Source: Tyzzerella sp. (GTDB lineage Bacteria; Bacillota; Clostridia; Lachnospirales; Lachnospiraceae). From it: a DNA stretch of 64,000 bases. Shown in pieces: positions 56,036-64,000 of this stretch (its first letter is position 1; the number at the start of each line of letters is the position of its first letter). The notes beneath the pieces are model-generated. The model saw only the letters and a program-made list of their open reading frames with translations, was not told where the DNA came from and did not search any database. Position numbers and translations under genes: made by a program. The DNA lies in contig JAFQDE010000010.1 of the NCBI GenBank assembly GCA_017416155.1, forward strand, positions 1,476 to 65,475, written 5' to 3'.

Positions 56036-56108
56036 AACCAAACCCCTTTTCTTATGCAAATCACGCTTCATTGTCGTCACGTGACTATTTCTCCCTATTG
56101 TGCGTTGA

Positions 56109-56181
56109 TTATACCGCTTAAATCGGTATAAGTCAACTAAAATCGGTACTTTAATCGTGATTATTACCGATTTCTTCGGTA
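56109..56181. promoter_or_regulatory. Paired palindromic operators TACCG-N7-CGGTA plus one half-site
   Basis: TTATACCG-N7-CGGTATAA (56109-56131), half-site CGGTA (56144-56148), TACCG-N7-CGGTA (56165-56181). Confidence 0.7.
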
Positions 56182-56218
56182 TAAACTGTACAATAGTATG
56201 CAGAGAGGTGGTCAATGT

Positions 56219-56533
56219 ATGGACGTAAATTTTATTAGAGACCGAATCTCCCAACTAAGAACAAATCAGGGAATTTCCGAATATAAGATGAGTTTGGACT
56301 TAGGGCACAGCAAGAGTTATGTACAGAGTATTTCTTCCGGAAAGGCTTTGCCGTCCATGGCAGAATTTCTTTATATTTGCGAATACCTTGGCGTGACTCC
56401 TAAGGAATTTTTTGATGGAGATGTGGCAGAACCGCAAATGATTCAACAACTCGTTAACTATGCATTACATCTATCAACTGATGATTTGCTATTATTGGTA
56501 GATTTGGCGAAACGTTTAGACGCAAAAAAATAA
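56219..56533 (+). CDS. XRE-family HTH regulator divergent from the sipW/TasA operon
   Basis: ISEYKMSLDLGHSKSYVQSISSGKALPSM..ICEYLGVT. Confidence 0.9.
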   Translation: MDVNFIRDRISQLRTNQGISEYKMSLDLGHSKSYVQSISSGKALPSMAEFLYICEYLGVTPKEFFDGDVAEPQMIQQLVNYALHLSTDDLLLLVDLAKRLDAKK

Positions 56534-56562
56534 GAGGCAATCATTTGATTGTCTCTTATTTT
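56527..56562. terminator. Bidirectional terminator
   Basis: AAAATAAGAGGCAATCA...TGATTGTCTCTTATTTT. Confidence 0.75.
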
Positions 56563-56580
56563 GTTCTAATGACATATGTT

Positions 56581-58473
56581 TTAATCTAATTCTGCAATCT
56601 CATGATACAGATCTGAATATCTTCCGCCCAACGCAACCAACTCCTCATGGGTTCCGCGCTCAATAATTCTTCCCTGTTCCAGCACCATAATCGCATCTGA
56701 CTTGCGCACTGTCGAAAGTCTGTGTGCAATCACAAATGTGGTTCGATTCTCCATAAGAGCATCCATGCCCTCTTCGATATGACGCTCAGTTCTGGTATCG
56801 ACCGAACTTGTCGCCTCATCTAGAACAAGTATCGGCGCCTTGCTAATCATGGCGCGCGCAATGTTGAGAAGCTGTCTCTGACCTTGCGATAGATTCATAC
56901 CATCATTCTCCAAGACAGTATCATATCCATTTTCCAGATTCATGATGAAGGAGTGTGCGGATGCAACCTTCGCTGCCTCAATGACTTCCTCGTCTGAGGC
57001 ATCCAACCTTCCATAACGAATATTTTCCATAACTGTTCCGGTGAACAAATGGGTGTCCTGAAGCACCATTGCAATGTTGGATCTAAGCAACTTCCGGTCT
57101 ATCTGCTCGATTGGAACACCATCGATTGTGATTGTACCCTCTGCGATATCATAGAATCGAGAAAGTAGATTTGTAACAGTTGTTTTTCCTGCACCCGTAG
57201 AACCGACAAATGCTATCTTTTGTCCCGGTTTGGCGTATAGCGAAATGTTATGTAGTACTTGAACGTCCGGTTTGTATCCGAAACTTACGTTATCCAGCAC
57301 AACATGACCCTTGATTGAGTCAACCGGCTGCAGATTCTCATCCTCTTTTTCCGGCTCTTCAGCAAGCACCTCAAACACTCGCTCTGCACCTGCAAGCGCT
57401 GAGAATACCGTATTCATCTGTGTGGAAATCTCGTTGATTGGTCGGTTGAACTTTTTCGTATAATTGACTGATATGGTGAGTCCACCAATATCGAATCCTC
57501 TTGTCACAACCAGAATAGCTCCCACACATGCTGTGATCCCGTAGGAAATATTACAGAGCTGATGCGTAGCCGGTCCCATGATTCCTGCACAGAACTGTGC
57601 ACGAATCTGTGCCTCACAGAGTTCTTCATTTAGAAATTCAAACTCTTCCACTGCTGTTTCTTCGTGGTTAAAAACTTTAACTACCTTTTGTCCTGTAATC
57701 GTCTCTTCCGCGAATCCATTTAACATACCAAGGTTCTTCTGTTGCTTAGAATAAGCACTTCTGCCCCATTTCATAATCCCCCGGCTGACCATCGTAAGGA
57801 TTGGTGTCATGATAATAGTAATCATTCCAAGTATCCAATTGGTATAAAGCATAAGTATAATCGTTCCCACAATCGTAATCGCACCGCAGATAATCTGAAT
57901 CAATGTTGTGTTCAGCATATTTCCAACAGAATCCACGTCGTTAGAAAAACGGCTCATAATATCTCCGGTGGAATGTGAATCAAAATACCGCACTGGTAAA
58001 GTCTGTAGTTTTTCGTACAAATCTGCACGCATTTTCCGTAAAGAACGCTGCGATACCGTGAGCATCAACCGTTGCTGTAACCACTGTGTGAAAACGGATA
58101 CTGCATAGATTAACGCCATCATTGCGAGTCCACCTATCAGCCCCTGAACGCGACCTGTCAAATCTGTTTCATTTGGGTCATAATATAGAAAAGCGTTCAT
58201 AATCGGGCGCAACATGTAAGAGGCAATCAGCATTGCAAATGTATGGATGATTGCACTTACTACTGCAACGATAAAGAGCGTCCGTTCCTCAGCTATATAT
58301 CCGAGCAACTTCCATAGTGTACTCCATGCGTTTTTCGGCTTTCCGGTCTTACCCATCGCATTTTTTGCCATAGCTCCGCCGCCTCTTCCAATTGTCATCG
58401 TTGCCTGGCTTCTGCGTGTTGAGGTGTAATTCTCATATTTCTTCATGAGACGTTCTCGTTTCTTCTGATCCAT
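56581..58473 (-). CDS. Heterodimeric multidrug-type ABC exporter subunit (TMD+NBD)
   Basis: GSTGAGKTT, LSQGQRQ, LDEATS. Confidence 0.9.
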   Translation of the reverse strand: MDQKKRERLMKKYENYTSTRRSQATMTIGRGGGAMAKNAMGKTGKPKNAWSTLWKLLGYIAEERTLFIVAVVSAIIHTFAMLIASYMLRPIMNAFLYYDPNETDLTGRVQGLIGGLAMMALIYAVSVFTQWLQQRLMLTVSQRSLRKMRADLYEKLQTLPVRYFDSHSTGDIMSRFSNDVDSVGNMLNTTLIQIICGAITIVGTIILMLYTNWILGMITIIMTPILTMVSRGIMKWGRSAYSKQQKNLGMLNGFAEETITGQKVVKVFNHEETAVEEFEFLNEELCEAQIRAQFCAGIMGPATHQLCNISYGITACVGAILVVTRGFDIGGLTISVNYTKKFNRPINEISTQMNTVFSALAGAERVFEVLAEEPEKEDENLQPVDSIKGHVVLDNVSFGYKPDVQVLHNISLYAKPGQKIAFVGSTGAGKTTVTNLLSRFYDIAEGTITIDGVPIEQIDRKLLRSNIAMVLQDTHLFTGTVMENIRYGRLDASDEEVIEAAKVASAHSFIMNLENGYDTVLENDGMNLSQGQRQLLNIARAMISKAPILVLDEATSSVDTRTERHIEEGMDALMENRTTFVIAHRLSTVRKSDAIMVLEQGRIIERGTHEELVALGGRYSDLYHEIAELD

Positions 58474-60206
58474 ACCTGCACCTCCTCGCGCTCTTTCTGT
58501 GAATAGTAGATCTCCTGATAAGTCTCGCAAGTACCGATTAACTCTTCGTGCTTGCCGACACCTACAATTTTTCCACCATCCATGACGACAATCTTATCGG
58601 CATCAATCACAGATGTTATACGCTGTGCAATGATAATCTTCGTTGTTCCATCAAGCTGCTCACGAAATGCCTTTCGTATAGAAGCCTCCGTAGCCGTGTC
58701 AACTGCACTTGTCGAATCGTCTAAGATAATAATTCTCGGATTCTTAAGCAGTGCTCTGGCGATACAAAGTCTCTGTCTCTGACCTCCGGACAGATTTGCC
58801 CCACCTCTTCCAATATCACTTTCATAACCATCTGGAAATGAACGAATAAAGGAATCTGCCTGTGCAATCTGAGCCACGCGAATGATTTCCTCATCTGTTG
58901 CATCCTCTTTGCCCCAACGAAGGTTTTCAGCGATTGTTCCTGAGAACAAGGTGTTTTTCTGAAGTACCACTGCTATATGCTCTCTTAAGTTTTCAAGTGC
59001 ATAGTCTTTTACATTAACTCCATCAACCAGGACCTCTCCGTCATCCACGTCATAGAGGCGTGAGATCAGAGAAACTAACGTTGACTTTCCGGAACCGGTG
59101 GAACCGATAATTCCCACTAGTTCCCCTGCTTTTATATGTAGATTAATATCATCTAGAACATGGTCTGTGTTCTTTTTATAATATCGGAAATTCACATGTT
59201 TAAAATCAATCTCCCCATATCCTACCACCTTATCCTTATGAGAAGCATTTTCATCAGTTAAATCTATTTCTGCGTTCATCACTTCCTGAATTCTTCGGTG
59301 AGAGGCTGCTGCCCTAGCTCCTTGAAGCACAATGTTTGCAAGGAAGTTGAGAGACATCAATATCTGTGACAGATAGGTAATAAATGCTGTCAGCGTTCCT
59401 ATTTCCATGTCGCCCACCATAATCGGCTTTCCTGAGAACCAGATTACTAAAAGTGTTGTTAAATTGATGGCAAATGTCGACACCGGATGCATAAAAAGCA
59501 TGACCTTCAATGCTGACACACTTTTTTCCACCAACGCATCATTGATAACGGCAAACTTTCCAATCTCATATTCCTCACGCACAAACGATTTAATGACCTT
59601 TTCATTCGTAATGGTTTCACCCACGCTATTGTTAAGTCCATCTATCGCCACCTGCATGGTCGTATATCGCGGTGATGCCGTCTTTATAATAATGGTAATC
59701 GCGAGGGCTAAAAACGGAACAATCATAAAAACAACAAGAGCCAGTTTCGGTTCCAACACAAAGGACATGACAAGCGCACCAATGAGCATAATCGGGCTTC
59801 GAAACATACCTCGAAGCAAGGTCTGGCTGAACTGCTGGATATGGGTAATATCATTTGTAATTCTGGTAATCAGTGAACCGGTTGTAAATTCGTCGATATT
59901 TGCAAAAGAGAACTTCTGAATTCTGCCAAATACATCTTTTCGAATGCCTGCTGCCAATCGCGACGAACCTCGAATGGCAAAATTTGCTCCAAGGATTCCG
60001 GTAACTAACATAAAGATAGCTATCAGCGCCATGTAGATTCCATTTTTTATGATATAGCCGATGTCTTCTCGAACTACACCCTCGTTAATGATATTTGCAT
60101 TAATATATGGTAAAATAATTTCGCCAAGTGCCTCTAATATCATAAAAAATGGACCAAGCAAAAAACAATACCAATATTTTTTTGCATGTATTAAGTAATT
60201 TTTCAT
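58443..60206 (-). CDS. Heterodimeric ABC exporter subunit with degenerate site
   Basis: GSTGSGKST, LSGGQRQ, LDDSTS, IAQR. Confidence 0.9.
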   Translation of the reverse strand: MKNYLIHAKKYWYCFLLGPFFMILEALGEIILPYINANIINEGVVREDIGYIIKNGIYMALIAIFMLVTGILGANFAIRGSSRLAAGIRKDVFGRIQKFSFANIDEFTTGSLITRITNDITHIQQFSQTLLRGMFRSPIMLIGALVMSFVLEPKLALVVFMIVPFLALAITIIIKTASPRYTTMQVAIDGLNNSVGETITNEKVIKSFVREEYEIGKFAVINDALVEKSVSALKVMLFMHPVSTFAINLTTLLVIWFSGKPIMVGDMEIGTLTAFITYLSQILMSLNFLANIVLQGARAAASHRRIQEVMNAEIDLTDENASHKDKVVGYGEIDFKHVNFRYYKKNTDHVLDDINLHIKAGELVGIIGSTGSGKSTLVSLISRLYDVDDGEVLVDGVNVKDYALENLREHIAVVLQKNTLFSGTIAENLRWGKEDATDEEIIRVAQIAQADSFIRSFPDGYESDIGRGGANLSGGQRQRLCIARALLKNPRIIILDDSTSAVDTATEASIRKAFREQLDGTTKIIIAQRITSVIDADKIVVMDGGKIVGVGKHEELIGTCETYQEIYYSQKEREEVQVWIRRNENVS

Positions 60207-60232
60207 CGTTATCATCCTTGCATATTTGCATA

Positions 60233-60274
60233 AAAATTTGACAGTTTGATTATACACCCAAACTGTCAAATTTT
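60233..60274. terminator. Perfect 16-bp inverted repeat (terminator or operator)
   Basis: AAAATTTGACAGTTTG-N10-CAAACTGTCAAATTTT. Confidence 0.55.
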
Positions 60275-60288
60275 GTATTTATTTTGTT

Positions 60289-61734
60289 CTATTTTTCTGC
60301 AAGAACCGCCTTCAAGAACTCCCACACTCTTGCAATCGAACTGATACTAATCACTTCATCCGGTGTGTGCACATCTCTCATGTTTGGTCCTAATGAGATG
60401 CAATCCAAGCCTTCAATCTTATCCGCCAACAGACCACATTCCAAACCTGCGTGAATCACTTCAACCTTTGGTGTCACACCTGTCTGCTTTTCATATACTT
60501 TGATACAAAGGTCACGAAGTTTTGATTCTCTTGCATATTCCCATCCCGGATATTCCCCGTGATAAGAGATCTCCCCACCAAGGCTCTTCGTAATCTGCTC
60601 TAGTTTTGCTGCGAGATATTCTTTTGCTGTTGCAACAGAACTTCTAATTGAGAAACATGTCTGAATTCCTTCTGCATCAATCTTCATCACACCCATGTTG
60701 AGCGAAGTCTCTACAAGTCCCGGCAAATCTTGGCTCATTGCCTGTACACCGTTTGGCATCAGGTTGAGGGCTGTGATTGCTTTTTCCTTAGAAGCATCTG
60801 TAAGAACTGCGCATTCTGCCACATCTTTTACTGCAAGCACAATTGCAATGTTCGAATCCGTCACACCATACTCTGCTTTAATCATCGCATTGAATTCTTC
60901 TACTGCTTTTTTCAAGGCATCTACATTTGCCTCTTCCACAATAAATGTAGCATTTGCATTCTTCGGAATGACATTATCCTTCACTCCACCTGCCATGCTC
61001 ACAACATCACATGCAAGCTTATCTTTTATACATAAGAAGAAACGTCCCATCATTACGTTGGCATTTGCACGACCTCTGTCAATTTCAATTCCGGAATGTC
61101 CTCCAAGAAATCCTGTAGTCTTAATCTCGCATACAACACCACTCTTTGAGGTCATTGTCACCGGAATCTTGCAGTCGGCTCTCATACCACCTGCACATCC
61201 CGCTGTGAATACACCTTCGTCCTCTGAATCGATGTTGAGAAGTCTCTTCGCCTTACAGCATGACAAATCAATTGCTGATGCGCCCTCCAAGCCAGTCTCT
61301 TCACAGATGGTAAATACACACTCCAAACGTGGATGCGGAATATCATTTGCATCCAAAAGTGCAAGGCCGTATGCGACTGCAATGCCATCATCGCCACCAA
61401 GCGTTGTGCCGTCTGCTGTAATATAATCTCCATCCACCATGATGCGGATGCTTTCTTTCTCCATATCAATCGTGCATTCCGGAACTTTATCTCCTACCAT
61501 ATCCAAATGTCCCTGGATAATAATCGGTTCCACATCTTCGTATCCCGGTGTTGCCTCTCCGATAATAATCACGTTACCAAGTTCATCCTGCTCGTAATAA
61601 AGTCCTCTTTCTTTTGCAAATGCAACACAGTAGTCACTGAGTTCTTTCTCATGATAAGAAATGTGTGGAATGTTGCAAATGTCCTCGAAAAATCCAAGCA
61701 CCGATGCCGGTTCATATCCGTTTAAAACTCTCAT
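60289..61734 (-). CDS. pepD: Aminoacyl-histidine dipeptidase (M20)
   Basis: QGHLDMV, TTLGGDDG, EETG, IHAGLECG, HTPDE. Confidence 0.9.
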   Translation of the reverse strand: MRVLNGYEPASVLGFFEDICNIPHISYHEKELSDYCVAFAKERGLYYEQDELGNVIIIGEATPGYEDVEPIIIQGHLDMVGDKVPECTIDMEKESIRIMVDGDYITADGTTLGGDDGIAVAYGLALLDANDIPHPRLECVFTICEETGLEGASAIDLSCCKAKRLLNIDSEDEGVFTAGCAGGMRADCKIPVTMTSKSGVVCEIKTTGFLGGHSGIEIDRGRANANVMMGRFFLCIKDKLACDVVSMAGGVKDNVIPKNANATFIVEEANVDALKKAVEEFNAMIKAEYGVTDSNIAIVLAVKDVAECAVLTDASKEKAITALNLMPNGVQAMSQDLPGLVETSLNMGVMKIDAEGIQTCFSIRSSVATAKEYLAAKLEQITKSLGGEISYHGEYPGWEYARESKLRDLCIKVYEKQTGVTPKVEVIHAGLECGLLADKIEGLDCISLGPNMRDVHTPDEVISISSIARVWEFLKAVLAEK

Positions 61735-61817
61735 GTTGTTTCCTCCAAATATTACTCAATACTTATCTACTATTTTAAAGCATCACTTAGAACTTTTCAA
61801 CCTAAAAAGAGACCACA

Positions 61818-62570
61818 TTAAATGGTCTCTTCTCCTGAAAGATGATTTAATATTTCTTTTTTATATTGCAAAAATTCTTCTGTCAGTTTAAAGTCTTGCG
61901 TTCTCGACTTCAGCTCCCGAATCGCAATCTCTTTTGTAATCTCTCCCGGCTTTCCGGTAAGCAAGTAGATTCTATCAGACAGCAATACCGCCTCATCAAT
62001 ATCGTGCGTGATAAATAGGGTTGACAGTTTGATTTTCTCCATGACATCCAGATACCACTCATGCATAGACTGTTTTGTCAGCATATCCAAGGCTGAAAAT
62101 GGTTCGTCAAGAAGTGCCACCTTCTTCGAAAACAGATATGTGCGAAGCAAAGCCGCTCGTTGCTTCATTCCGCCGGACAATTGCGCCGGATACTTCTTTT
62201 CTGTACCATCAAGTCCGAACTCGGCAAAGTAAGGTGCTGCCTTTTCCCTTGCTTCCTTCTTTTTCATCCCACGAATCATCAGTGGGAGTGCCACATTATC
62301 CAGAATCGTGCGGTATGGAAGAAGTAAATCCTTCTGAAGCATGTAGCTGACATTGCCCGGTTTCCCCGTCACGTCTTCATTGTCAATCCACACACTTCCC
62401 TCATCCGGCAGACTTAGACCTGCAATGATATTAAAGAGCGTAGTCTTTCCGCCGCCACTGACACCGAGAAGGGAGACAATCTCTCCCTCGTGAAGTTCAA
62501 TTGATATGTGATTAATAATCTGTTCCTCGTCAAAGGACTTGGATATATCCTTTACTTCCAAAACTGCCAT
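61818..62570 (-). CDS. ABC transporter ATP-binding protein (NitT/TauT family)
   Basis: GVSGGGKTT, LSGGMKQR, LLDEPFSALD. Confidence 0.9.
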   Translation of the reverse strand: MAVLEVKDISKSFDEEQIINHISIELHEGEIVSLLGVSGGGKTTLFNIIAGLSLPDEGSVWIDNEDVTGKPGNVSYMLQKDLLLPYRTILDNVALPLMIRGMKKKEAREKAAPYFAEFGLDGTEKKYPAQLSGGMKQRAALLRTYLFSKKVALLDEPFSALDMLTKQSMHEWYLDVMEKIKLSTLFITHDIDEAVLLSDRIYLLTGKPGEITKEIAIRELKSRTQDFKLTEEFLQYKKEILNHLSGEETI

Positions 62571-62579
62571 AAAGCCCTC

Positions 62580-63587
62580 CTATTCAGGCAGATAATCATT
62601 GGTGAATCCCGTATTTTCCGGAATATCCGTCTCTACCAAATCCTGCTCATTAAGCCAGTTGTAGAAATTATTCCAACGGGTCGCATCAATAACACCCCAT
62701 TTTTCTGCATCTGCCTGATATTTGTCAGCCAAATATTTTTGACTTGCTTCTACTAATTCTTTATCTAATTCCGCATTTGCTTTGCAGAGAATTTCTGCTG
62801 CCTCATCTGGATTCTCAATTGCAAACTCATATCCTTTTGTCAGTGCTTTAAGAAATGCTTTTGCCGTATCTGGTTTCTCCTCTAAGAATTCATTTCCTGA
62901 GATGATTACCGGTGTATAGTAATCGAATACCGGGTCAATATCTGCAAATGCGAAATAATCTGTTTCCAGTTCTTCTAACTCTGTCTTGACACCTGCCCAT
63001 CCGTAGAAAATCCAGATAGAATCCACAGATTTTGTCTTAAGTGCAGACACTTCATCGGTCACAGTACTCGGGATCAATTCTATTTTAGAAAAATCTCCGC
63101 CATCCTTTTCTACCACTTGCTCCAATGTTGCAAGCTCAATTGGTCCGTTCCATGTGGCATAATTGTGGCCTTCCATCCCCTTTGGCGTGTCCATTCCTTC
63201 ACCTTTGCGGGAAATAATTCCGGATGTGTTATGCTGAATCACTGCTGCTACCGCAGATATCGGGAGTGCATTGTCTCCTGATAACGCTGCTGCCATAGAA
63301 TCCTGGAATGACACACCAAACTGTGCCTTGCCCGAAGCCACAAGTACTTCTGCACCGTCTTCCGGCGGTTGCACAATTTCTACATCTAAACCAGCTTCTT
63401 CAAAATATCCTTTTTCTAGTGCCACATAAAGTCCTGTATGGTTGGTATTTGGTGTCCAATCCAAGACAAATGTAATTTTTTCCAAGTCTTTAATGTCTTT
63501 TTCCCCATCCTGCTTTGTTGTTCCACATGCAACCAATGCAAAAATCATTACACTTACTAATAATACTGCTACTATTTTCTTCTTCAT
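62580..63587 (-). CDS. NMT1/THI5-like substrate-binding lipoprotein (probable thiamine-precursor uptake)
   Basis: Lipobox LVA-C; LDWTPNTNHTGLY. Confidence 0.85.
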   Translation of the reverse strand: MKKKIVAVLLVSVMIFALVACGTTKQDGEKDIKDLEKITFVLDWTPNTNHTGLYVALEKGYFEEAGLDVEIVQPPEDGAEVLVASGKAQFGVSFQDSMAAALSGDNALPISAVAAVIQHNTSGIISRKGEGMDTPKGMEGHNYATWNGPIELATLEQVVEKDGGDFSKIELIPSTVTDEVSALKTKSVDSIWIFYGWAGVKTELEELETDYFAFADIDPVFDYYTPVIISGNEFLEEKPDTAKAFLKALTKGYEFAIENPDEAAEILCKANAELDKELVEASQKYLADKYQADAEKWGVIDATRWNNFYNWLNEQDLVETDIPENTGFTNDYLPE

Positions 63588-63590
63588 AAT

Positions 63591-64000
63591 CTAGTTCTCC
63601 TTTTCCCAAGGCATACATTTCTTCTGCAAGAAGTCGACTCCTTTCATGAGCAAAAGGCTGATAACGGAAATCAAAAAGATAACCGCGAACATCTTGTCAA
63701 AAGAAAATGCCTGTTTTACTCGTGTCATATATACGCCGAGGCCTTTGAAGCCACCAAGCCATTCAGAAATCACCGCGCCCACAACTGCATACGAAGCCGC
63801 AATGCGAACCCCTGCAAAGAACTCCGACATTGCGCCTGGAAACTTAATGTGGCGGAAGATTTGCCATCTACCTGCCCCCATCGCACGAAGCATATTCATG
63901 GAATCCTTATCGGCAGACTTAAAACCGTTCAAAAGGCCCACTGCGATTGGGAAAAACGTGGTAATCACAATCAAAATAACCTTCGGTGCCATCTCATAAC
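63591..64000 (-). CDS. ABC transporter permease (3' part; starts beyond the window)
   Basis: TFFPI, AMGAGRWQIF, GAVISEWLGG..GLG. Confidence 0.85.
   Translation of the reverse strand, partial: YEMAPKVILIVITTFFPIAVGLLNGFKSADKDSMNMLRAMGAGRWQIFRHIKFPGAMSEFFAGVRIAASYAVVGAVISEWLGGFKGLGVYMTRVKQAFSFDKMFAVIFLISVISLLLMKGVDFLQKKCMPWEKEN

Noticed and set aside
1-64000. CRISPR array, tRNA/rRNA, riboswitch, IS transposase, DGR
   Set aside because: No regularly spaced repeats, structural RNA signatures, transposase or RT ORFs were seen by eye. Intergenic spaces are short, and any TPP riboswitch for the last operon would lie beyond the window.

Overview
A 64-kb chromosomal segment of an endospore-forming, low-GC Firmicute. 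Gene content and order suggest Clostridia, probably Lachnospiraceae; this is inference. Housekeeping and sporulation genes (helD-like, ccdA/tlpA, glnA, spoIIID, murI, pfkA, dnaE, spoIIR, ispE, sipL, plsC, malQ, pncB, ddl, murF, pepD, ABC transporters) are interrupted by three accessory blocks. (1) A ~4.5-kb AT-rich islet is integrated inside spoIIID. It supplies a replacement 3' half of the gene, leaves the displaced 3' half downstream, carries two ABC-ATPase/TOPRIM-type defence modules and has no recombinase. (2) A compact three-gene operon encodes a membrane/RCK/RyR-repeat protein, a stand-alone RyR-domain protein and a SARM1-like TIR protein with an intact catalytic Glu. It is a candidate undescribed TIR-signalling (Thoeris-like) system. 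Nearby are ClpN/DUF1828, HAD and DUF3990/HTH genes. (3) A ~13-kb SipW/TasA-type fibre locus has two SipW peptidases, six SipW-signal subunits, one wall-anchored subunit and a divergent XRE regulator with paired operators. Its 1768-aa adhesin ends in a Hedgehog-like Hint domain (C1, D46 and H72 spaced as in Hedgehog, no terminal Asn) plus an 85-aa tail. No rRNA, tRNA, CRISPR array, transposase or integrase was recognised. All family calls come from reading motifs by eye, not from database searches.
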